From assembly GCA_044222185.1 (NCBI GenBank), contig JBGANV010000006.1:160001-224000 (forward strand): a DNA stretch of 64,000 bases. Reading direction: 5' to 3'. Shown in pieces: positions 56,531-64,000 of the stretch. The position numbers and the translations under genes were made by a program. A model generated the notes under the pieces. That model was not told the DNA's origin, did no database searches, and saw nothing but the letters and a program-made list of their open reading frames with translations. Source of the DNA: Planctomycetota bacterium (GTDB lineage: Bacteria > Planctomycetota > GCA-002687715 > CAIWVZ01). Numbering within the stretch: position 1 is the first letter of the stretch; every line of letters starts with the position of its first letter.

Positions 56531-57970
56531 GTGATCGTCACAGGCTCAACCCGTTCGTTGGTGTTCGTGAGCGCTTGCGCCGCGTTGGCCTTGTCGCTGC
56601 CGCTGTTCGCGCAGGAGACCCGGCCTGCGGGTGAGACGCCCGAGACACCGAAGGAGCCGAAGGCCGCGGCTCCGACGGGCACGGGAGTCGATGCGTACAA
56701 GGCCATGCAGACTGCGCTCGCCAACGTGAAGACGGCGAGCTACGTCTCGCGGATCAAGGCGACGGGGTCCATCGCCGACGAGGCGCAGGCTCAGCCCTCG
56801 CGGGTCATCGTGGAGCGGGGGAAGGCTGGTGCCAGCCCCAACGTGTTCCCCGGCAAGTTCCACATCGTGGCGCTCCCTGCCGCTGGCGCGGCGCCTGCCC
56901 CTGGGGCGACTCCGGCGGGCGAGTCGCGTCCCGCGAGTCAGCCCTCGGTCGTCCTCACGGAGTGCGCCTTCGACGGCAAGCTGTTCCGCACGGTGAAACC
57001 CGACCGGAAGACCGTCTTCGAGCGCTCCGTCGGCGGCAACGACGAGGAAGGATTCTTCTTCGACCCGGCCATGCAGATCCTGATGCCCGAGTACTCCATG
57101 GCATCCGAAATGGCGGCCATGGCGCCATCGACGGTCAGTCTCGCGGGGACGATCGACATCGGCGGCGTCGCCTGCGACGTGCTCGCCATCGAGCGGAAGC
57201 TCGTCTTCGAGGGAATCGATCCAGCCGAACTGCCGCCGGGGCTGCCCTCGACGATCAAGTCGAAGCTCTACGTCGGCAAGGATGATCACCTTCCGCGCGG
57301 CAGTGTGCAGAACATGTTGATCCTCGGCACGGATGACGACGAGAACGGGGGCGCAGAGCCGCCGAGCGTCACGATGACGATCTCCGAGCTGAAGGTGAAC
57401 GTCGAAGTCGATGCCAAGACGTTCTCCGTCGCCGTGCCGGCAGGGTTCGAAGTGAAACCGCTCGAAATGCCGACGGGTGGCATGGGCGGCGACGAGGGCG
57501 ATGAAGAGGGCGATGGCGAAGAGGCTGTTTCCGCCAAGGTGCGAGTCGGAGACACGGCGCCGGCGTGGTCCCTGAAGGATGCGGACGGCAAGGAGTGGAA
57601 GCTCTCCGACCTGAAGGGCAAGGTCGTCGTCCTCGACTTCTGGGCTACGTGGTGCGGACCCTGCAAGCAGGCCATGCCGGGGATGCAGAAGCTCCACGAG
57701 AAGTTCAAGGATCGGGGCGTCGTCGTCATGGGCGTGAACGTCCACGACGATGGCGATGCGGCGGGCTACATGAAGAAGCAGGGCTACACCTACACGTGCC
57801 TTCTGAAGGGCGACAGCGTCGCCGAGGCGTTCGGTGTAGGACCGATCCCGCAGTTCTTCGTGATCGGCGTCGACGGCAAGGTCATCCACCACGCCGTGGG
57901 CTTCAATCCGAGCGCCGAGTCGGCCCTCGCCGACGTGATCGAGAAGCACCTGAAGGCCCAGACGAAGTAG
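56531..57970 (+). CDS. TlpA-like thiol-disulfide oxidoreductase with N-terminal LolA-like domain
   Basis: G..APAWSL, GKVVVLDFWATWCGPC; aagga RBS before GTG 56531 (alternative 56486); N-domain ends in a LolA-like F..P.G motif. Confidence 0.85.
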   Translation: MIVTGSTRSLVFVSACAALALSLPLFAQETRPAGETPETPKEPKAAAPTGTGVDAYKAMQTALANVKTASYVSRIKATGSIADEAQAQPSRVIVERGKAGASPNVFPGKFHIVALPAAGAAPAPGATPAGESRPASQPSVVLTECAFDGKLFRTVKPDRKTVFERSVGGNDEEGFFFDPAMQILMPEYSMASEMAAMAPSTVSLAGTIDIGGVACDVLAIERKLVFEGIDPAELPPGLPSTIKSKLYVGKDDHLPRGSVQNMLILGTDDDENGGAEPPSVTMTISELKVNVEVDAKTFSVAVPAGFEVKPLEMPTGGMGGDEGDEEGDGEEAVSAKVRVGDTAPAWSLKDADGKEWKLSDLKGKVVVLDFWATWCGPCKQAMPGMQKLHEKFKDRGVVVMGVNVHDDGDAAGYMKKQGYTYTCLLKGDSVAEAFGVGPIPQFFVIGVDGKVIHHAVGFNPSAESALADVIEKHLKAQTK

Positions 57971-58448
57971 GTCGGCGGAGCCGCGCGCGTTCGGGTCGCA
58001 GTTCGTTTGCGACGGCTTGCGGGACGGTTCCATCCCGCCGCGCGCGCCCGGCCATGGGCGGTGCGGAGCGCCGCAGGTCATGGACGCTCCCTGGTCGCGG
58101 GGTGGCACTGCCCCGCCCAGAACCCGTCGCGCACTTCGAGTCACGTCGGGGTAACGGCCGCAGGTACGCACCGGAGCTCACGTCACGCGGGCGAGCCTGA
58201 TCCAGGTTGCACGCGATCACGCGCAGTGCCCGGACGACGGCGCCGCGCGCCACTCCCAGCCGCGCGACGGCGCCGCGACAGCCGCACCGGCACCACGGAT
58301 TCCGGGCGCGCGTCCCGGCTCCGCAGGTGAGGCCCGGTTGCGGCCTCCCGTTTGCGATGCGACGCCTGCACCCCATGTCCCTCACCATCTCGACGTGCGA
58401 CACGTTGCAGCACTCGTCATGCAGTCGTGTCTCGAAAGGGTCTGGACG

Positions 58449-61418
58449 ATGATTCACAACCGCATCCGCCGGCCGCTGGGTCGGCTCACGAGTTTCCTTG
58501 CTGCATTGACGGCCATCACGGCGTGCGCCGCGGCACAGCAGCCGTACACCCTCGCCACGATCCCGGTTCCCGCCGACACCCTGCGGAACATCGGGTCGTC
58601 GTTCAGCTCGGCGGGCGACGTCAACGGTGACGGTGCGCCTGACATCCTTGCAGGGTCCCCTTACAACGATTCCCCCTCAGGCGATCCGATCACGGACTCG
58701 ATCACGTTCAGTGGGGCACCAGGCGCCGGCTTCGAGATCTGGACCCCTTCCACCGGCGCGATCGTGAGGTCGGTGATCGATCCCAGCTACTCCACGAGGG
58801 GGTTCGCCCTGATCAACCTCGGCGACGTCGACAACGACGGGCGGCCCGACCACGCGGTCAGCAACCCCACGTTCACGGCGGGAACGGGGATCAACTTCGC
58901 GGGGCGTGTGGACGCCTACTCGGGCGCCAATGGGAACGTCCTGTGGTCGTTCGTCTCCACCGTGCCCGGCAGCCAGGCCGGGGCATCGCTCGCTCGCATC
59001 GCGGACGTGGACCAGGACGGGACCGCGGACCTCTTGATCGGGTCCCCCGGGATGAGCGGCGTCGCGGGTCGAGTGTTCGTCGTGTCTGGACGAACTGGTG
59101 TCCTGCTTCGCGTGCACGGCGGCGGCACGGGCGACGCGCTCGGGTGGGGCACGTCGGACGTCGGCGACGTCGACGGCGACGCAGTGTCCGACTACGCCGC
59201 CGGTGCGCCGCAGACGGCCGTGCTCGGCGCGACCCAGCCTGCCGGATACGTGCGGATCTGGTCCGGCGCCAGCGGAGCCGCGGTTCGCACGATCGCGGGC
59301 GTGTCATCGTTCGATCGCTTTGGCCGCGCCCTCGCGCCCGCGGGCGACCTGAACGGCGACGCCGTTCCCGACCTCTTCGTCGGCGCTCCGGCCCGATTCG
59401 GCCAGGCCCTACCGGGTCGTGTGGTCGCCATCAGCGGGGCCAACGGCAGCACGCTCTTCAGCGTGTCGCGCAACGTCGCTGGCGACCGTTTCGGATGGAG
59501 CCTCGCCGCCGTCGGAGACCGCAATGGCGACGGCCGTGTCGACTGCGCCGTTGGGACGACCGTCGGAGTGGTCGAAGTGCGATCAGGGCTTCTCGGCGGC
59601 GTGATCGCGACGCAGACGGGGATCCTCTCGCAGACGACCTCGCTGACGGGCGTCGTCGTGCGGCCCGTGGCCATCGACGACGTGAGCGGAGACTCCGTTG
59701 GCGACCTGGTCGTCGGCGCGCCGAACGCTGGCGAGAACGGCCTCGCTGCGGTCTTCTCAACTCTCTTCGGTTCGCCGTTCGCGTCCCGCGTGGGTGACGA
59801 CGTGCAGGGGAGTGCCAGCTCCGCTGCGGCCGTCGGCGATCTGGACGGGGACGGCATCCGGGATCTCGCCATCGGCAACGCGCTCCGCAACGGGCCCGGG
59901 CTGGGGAATGTGGGAAGCGTGCTGCTGTGGTCGACGGGCGCCCAAGCGCCGATCGCGTCCGTCTTCGGGACCAGCAGCGAGGCTCGTTTCGGATCCGGCC
60001 TCGCGACGCTCGACGATGTCGATCACGACGGCGTAGAGGACTTCATCGTCGGGGCGATCAACGGATCGGGCGCCGTCACGTGTCATTCCGGTGCGACGCG
60101 GGCGCTGCTCTACACGGTCAACGGGCCGATCTTCGGCGGGGCGTTCGGCCTCACGCTCACGCGGTTGTCCGATGTCGACGGAGACAACGTTCGCGACTTC
60201 GCCGTTGGCGCGCCCTACACAGCGGTTCCCGGCGTGGGCGCGACGACCGGGCAGGTCTACATCTGTTCGGGGCAGACCGGCGCGATCCTGCGCGTGATCA
60301 GCGGGCTGGTGGCTGGCGAGTTCTTCGGCGCCACGATCGCCGACATCGGTGACGTGAACGGCGACGGAATCGCCGACATCCTCGTCGGCGCTCCCTACGC
60401 GAGCCCGGCGGGTGTGAGCTTCGCCGGCGTCGCGCGCATCGTCTCGGTTGGGAGCGGCGCGGTCCTGCGCACGCACGCGGGCTCGGGGCCCGGCATCGCG
60501 CTCGGATACGGGGTGTGCGGCGTCGGCGATGCCGACGGTGACTCGGTCGGTGACTACGCGATTGCATCGCCGGCGAACACGGCGTCCGGCGCATCGTCCG
60601 CTGGACCGGTCGTGATCCGCTCCGGGCTCACCGGCGCTCTGATCCGTTCGATCGCGCCGTCTCCGATCCCGCCCGGCTTCGTCGTGAACGACGAGTTCGG
60701 CCGCGGCCTCGCGAACGCGGGGGACCTCGACGGCGACGGTCAGGCGGACATCTGCCTTGGGGCCGCGCCCTGGCTCGGGTTCCCGCCGGTGCAGTCGCGC
60801 GAGATCCACGCCTACTCGGTGGCGACGGGCGCGCTCATCGCACGGCAGACGGCGTCGGGCGGGTTCGTGCCCTTCACTCCCGCCGTGAACGCCACGGGAT
60901 TCGATCTATCCGGCGATGGTGCTCCCGACTGGCTCACCGTCGAGTATCCGACGACGACGTCGACCAGCGTGCGGATCATGTCGCGGACCGGCGTGCCGAC
61001 GGGCTCGACGACCGCGGGCATCGGTTGCAATCTGGCCGCTGGTCAGCCTCCCGTGCTGCAGAGCGGTGGCGGCGACATCGTCGCGTCGATCGGTGCGCCC
61101 GTGTTCGACCTCATGTTGAGTCGGGCGGAGCCGCTCCGGTCGGGGCTCCTCACGATCGGTGGGAGCAACACCTCGATCGGTGCGCTCGCGCTCCCGCTCG
61201 ATCTCACGATCATGGGCATCCCCGGCTGCACGCTCTACGACTCCGCGGACGGATACCTCCCGCTCACGACGACGGCAGCCGGGCTGCGGGGGATCCGGGC
61301 ACCGCTTCCCGTCCAGCCGTCGCTTGCCGGCGCGATCGTGCACCTCCAGATCTTCATGGCGGACGCGACGGGTGCCGTCGTCTCGTCGACGAACGGCCTG
61401 ACGCTCGTCGTCCAGTGA
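58449..61418 (+). CDS. Secreted FG-GAP (integrin-alpha-like) repeat protein with the shared C-terminal domain
   Basis: More than 10 GD.[ND]GDG..D...GAP repeats; ends LPVQPSLAGAIVHLQ...SSTNGLTLVVQ. Confidence 0.88.
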   Translation: MIHNRIRRPLGRLTSFLAALTAITACAAAQQPYTLATIPVPADTLRNIGSSFSSAGDVNGDGAPDILAGSPYNDSPSGDPITDSITFSGAPGAGFEIWTPSTGAIVRSVIDPSYSTRGFALINLGDVDNDGRPDHAVSNPTFTAGTGINFAGRVDAYSGANGNVLWSFVSTVPGSQAGASLARIADVDQDGTADLLIGSPGMSGVAGRVFVVSGRTGVLLRVHGGGTGDALGWGTSDVGDVDGDAVSDYAAGAPQTAVLGATQPAGYVRIWSGASGAAVRTIAGVSSFDRFGRALAPAGDLNGDAVPDLFVGAPARFGQALPGRVVAISGANGSTLFSVSRNVAGDRFGWSLAAVGDRNGDGRVDCAVGTTVGVVEVRSGLLGGVIATQTGILSQTTSLTGVVVRPVAIDDVSGDSVGDLVVGAPNAGENGLAAVFSTLFGSPFASRVGDDVQGSASSAAAVGDLDGDGIRDLAIGNALRNGPGLGNVGSVLLWSTGAQAPIASVFGTSSEARFGSGLATLDDVDHDGVEDFIVGAINGSGAVTCHSGATRALLYTVNGPIFGGAFGLTLTRLSDVDGDNVRDFAVGAPYTAVPGVGATTGQVYICSGQTGAILRVISGLVAGEFFGATIADIGDVNGDGIADILVGAPYASPAGVSFAGVARIVSVGSGAVLRTHAGSGPGIALGYGVCGVGDADGDSVGDYAIASPANTASGASSAGPVVIRSGLTGALIRSIAPSPIPPGFVVNDEFGRGLANAGDLDGDGQADICLGAAPWLGFPPVQSREIHAYSVATGALIARQTASGGFVPFTPAVNATGFDLSGDGAPDWLTVEYPTTTSTSVRIMSRTGVPTGSTTAGIGCNLAAGQPPVLQSGGGDIVASIGAPVFDLMLSRAEPLRSGLLTIGGSNTSIGALALPLDLTIMGIPGCTLYDSADGYLPLTTTAAGLRGIRAPLPVQPSLAGAIVHLQIFMADATGAVVSSTNGLTLVVQ

Positions 61419-61427
61419 CCCCGCGGC

Positions 61428-61453
61428 GACCCGTGCAGTCACCTGCACGGGTC
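61428..61453. terminator. Perfect 11-bp hairpin between convergent genes, probable bidirectional terminator
   Basis: gacccgtgcag-tcac-ctgcacgggtc; no U-tract. Confidence 0.55.
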
Positions 61454-61471
61454 ATCGGCGCCGCGTGCGGG

Positions 61472-63952
61472 TCAGTCGGGTTCGAACACGCGCATGCGGC
61501 GGAAGCGCGCCTTCCCGCCGCCCATGAGCAGGCCGAAGTTGCCGCCGCTACCGATCCCGGGAATCGCCTGCTTGAACAGCGGCTTGCCGTTCAACGTGGC
61601 GTCGAGAACGTCGCCGTCGACAGTGATCTCGATCCTGAACCAGGTGGCGAGTTCCTTCTCGCTCCAGGGCTTTCGCCCGAGGATCGACCACGCGCCGTTC
61701 TGGTGTGACGAGAGGTCCACGCTGCCCGACTTGGGGAGCACGATGATCGCGCGGAAGTCCTCTTCGCCGCGGACACCGAAGCAGACGCCAAGCAGCTTGC
61801 AGCCGCTGGCATCCGGCGACATCTGGGCCGAGAACGTGTATCCAGCCTTCGCCGGCGTTCGCGCGTGGAGCATCCGGTAGTCGATCTTGTTGCTCTCGTT
61901 CGGTCCCGTCGTCGACGGTGCGTAGTCGGAGACCAGGTCCTCGCCCTCGACCTTCCAGGTGTTGTCGTCGGCGTTGGCCCACGTCCAGTCGCGAACGTCC
62001 CGTTCGTTGAAGAGCAGTCGCCAGGTGCGGAGCGTGGCGCCCGTCTTCGCGCGGATCTCGGCCGCGCGCCGAGCGAGTTCCGTCGGGCGCCGGCCCAGGC
62101 CCTTTGCTCGCTCCAGGCACTGGAGGGCGCACATGCCGAACTTCTCCGACTCGTAGGTGGCGGCGAGAGCGAGGTAACGATCGACGGCCTCGTTCTCGGC
62201 CTTGCGTCGCTGCCCGAACTCGGGATCGACCTTCGACAGATCGTTCAGCGCGCGCTGCAAGCGCTTGTCCTTGGGATCGAGGACCCCGTCCGTCCTCTCC
62301 ACGAACCGCCCGAAACGGTCGGCCGAAATCGAGCGCAGATTCAGGTCCAGCGCGAGGGCGCCGCTTTCATAGAGCACGTCGAGGTCGTCAGGCCGGCGCG
62401 CGGCGACGCGATCGTAGATCCGCAATGCGGTCTTCTTGTTCTTGCCGGTTGCGATGGCGCGCGCCCTGGCGAGATCACGGTCGGACGGGTCGAGGCGACC
62501 GGACTGGACGGCGTCCACGTCCTCGATGAACGCCTGCCACGCCGACTCGAAGGTCGCGAGGTCGGTGACGCCGGCGACCTTCGCCGCCTGGACGACTTGC
62601 TTGTTGAAGTCCTCCACGTGGGCTGCGCCGTCCTGCGGTTGCTTCCAGCCCTGGGTCATCATGGCCGTGAGCGCAGGGCGGTACGGGTTCTGCCCCGCGT
62701 CGTCTTCGAAATTCCACAGGAAGTAGATGAGAGCCCAACCGTAGGCGTAGTGCGTTCCCGTGTAGTTCGCGAGGCCGCCCTGCGTCGTGAGGAGCGTCTG
62801 CAGACTGAACCTCCCGGGCGTGGCGCGGTGCGCGAGGAACGTCTCGAGGCGGTACGAGTAGCGAGGCACGAGGTTCATCCGCACGTTGCGGTTGGACAGC
62901 AGCGTCGTGCCCTCGAAGTAGGAGGCCGTGCCCTCGTTCATCCACGGCGGCTGCCAACCCCTGGAGATGATCGACGTGAACTGATGGCTCGCCTCGTGCG
63001 CGAGGGTTTCGATCATCGACCCGATGGAACCGCCGGTCGGCCGCGGGTCGTAGGTCACGATCTCCTTGCCGCCGAAGTAGCCGCCGGACGTCTTCAGATC
63101 CGGTGGCGCAACGGACACGAACTCGTCATGCGTCGCGTAGACCTTGACCTCGACCTTCGGCACGGCCTTCTTGGGGTCGATGCCGTAGAACGTGCGGTAG
63201 AAGCGGTGCAGCGGCTCGATGACGATCGCCACCGTTTCCATCACTTCGTACCCGGCGTTGGTGCGGATCGTGTAGTGCTCGGTTTCCTTGACCCAGGCGT
63301 TTTCCCATTGCCGGTGTTCGGCGTCGGCGCGCTCGATCCATGCCGCGGAAACACCCTTCAGCGGATCCTCGCCGCCGAGCGCGTCCTCGACGGCCACTTC
63401 GTCGCCGCCGTTTCGTCGGATGTCGGCGACGATCTGTTCGACCTCGGGTGTCGATCCGCGGATCGCCTTCAGGTGCTCGAGGACGCGCAGCGCACTGAGA
63501 TGCATGCCGCGCTTGCGGTACGACTTCGCCTGCTCGAGGAGCATGGTGGGAAGCCGGCCGACGGGGTTCTCGTTCTCCTTTGCGTGCGGATCGACTGCGG
63601 CGACGATGCCGGCCGCTTCGACGCGCAGGGCCTTCTCCTCGGGGAGGGGATCGAGGAGTGCATCGAACACGCCGATGGCCGTGCGAGCGTGGAACGCCGC
63701 GGGATCGGCGAGCCCGAGCTTCTGCTCGACGCGTGCGAGAGCCACCAACCCGGGGATGTGGCGCGGCGCGCGCTCGAGAACGAACTGGAGGTTCATTCGG
63801 GCCTCGTCGAGGCGGCCCTCGGTTTCGAGCGCGGTGCCGAGCCGCAGGTACTTCTCCGCGAACGGCGCGCGCTGGCTTTCGCGCGACTCCGCCGACTGCG
63901 CGGCAACCGACGCGGCGATCACCGTGAGGATCAAGGGAACCCGGAAATTCAT
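61472..63952 (-). CDS. Secreted TPR + DUF1570-like Zn metallopeptidase + DUF1080-like beta-sandwich protein
   Basis: Signal (VAA|Q), TPR helices, LAHEASHQF, PPWMNEGTASYFE, YAYGWAL.YFL, W..LFN.RD..DW. Confidence 0.8.
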   Translation of the reverse strand: MNFRVPLILTVIAASVAAQSAESRESQRAPFAEKYLRLGTALETEGRLDEARMNLQFVLERAPRHIPGLVALARVEQKLGLADPAAFHARTAIGVFDALLDPLPEEKALRVEAAGIVAAVDPHAKENENPVGRLPTMLLEQAKSYRKRGMHLSALRVLEHLKAIRGSTPEVEQIVADIRRNGGDEVAVEDALGGEDPLKGVSAAWIERADAEHRQWENAWVKETEHYTIRTNAGYEVMETVAIVIEPLHRFYRTFYGIDPKKAVPKVEVKVYATHDEFVSVAPPDLKTSGGYFGGKEIVTYDPRPTGGSIGSMIETLAHEASHQFTSIISRGWQPPWMNEGTASYFEGTTLLSNRNVRMNLVPRYSYRLETFLAHRATPGRFSLQTLLTTQGGLANYTGTHYAYGWALIYFLWNFEDDAGQNPYRPALTAMMTQGWKQPQDGAAHVEDFNKQVVQAAKVAGVTDLATFESAWQAFIEDVDAVQSGRLDPSDRDLARARAIATGKNKKTALRIYDRVAARRPDDLDVLYESGALALDLNLRSISADRFGRFVERTDGVLDPKDKRLQRALNDLSKVDPEFGQRRKAENEAVDRYLALAATYESEKFGMCALQCLERAKGLGRRPTELARRAAEIRAKTGATLRTWRLLFNERDVRDWTWANADDNTWKVEGEDLVSDYAPSTTGPNESNKIDYRMLHARTPAKAGYTFSAQMSPDASGCKLLGVCFGVRGEEDFRAIIVLPKSGSVDLSSHQNGAWSILGRKPWSEKELATWFRIEITVDGDVLDATLNGKPLFKQAIPGIGSGGNFGLLMGGGKARFRRMRVFEPD

Positions 63953-64000
63953 GGGCGGCATGTTACGCGGCCTCGCCGCGCGCGGCCCGGGCTGACGGCG

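Noticed and set aside
57971-58448. Long intergenic region with short GC hairpins (also 42930-43500)
   Set aside because: Hairpins are short and expected at this GC content, with no terminator or recognisable RNA family.

Overview
Very GC-rich (about 70% by eye) bacterial chromosome segment with about 35 supportable CDSs and no rRNA, tRNA, CRISPR array, transposase or phage gene. ECF sigma/Ser-Thr kinase pairs, a membrane-anchored ECF, several CarboxypepD_reg-repeat proteins, an FG-GAP protein and a DUF1570-like protein suggest Planctomycetota; this taxonomy is inferred. Recognisable enzymes are a Dus-family C-terminus, nitrilase, Ate/Bpt, Thr/Ser dehydratase, ggt, YkgJ, beta carbonic anhydrase, TylF methyltransferase, GH3 and TlpA. 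The most interesting signals concern the cell envelope. (1) Five otherwise unrelated secreted proteins end in the same Pro/Gly-rich C-terminal domain (P-x-x-x-L-x-G...Q...[ST][NDQP]...), a candidate undescribed sorting signal, and two of them flank a VPS10/BNR-3xPDZ protein and an S41 protease. (2) 13 of 14 predicted signal peptides expose Gln at +1. (3) An active rhomboid is translationally coupled to a catalytically dead one inside a cluster with a transmembrane ECF and three sigma-less look-alikes. (4) An orphan structured plus-strand RNA candidate has its own terminator (about 3630-3852). (5) ESRP/ETRP/TQP linker motifs recur, and several genes look leaderless. All family calls come from motif recognition by eye; no searches were run.
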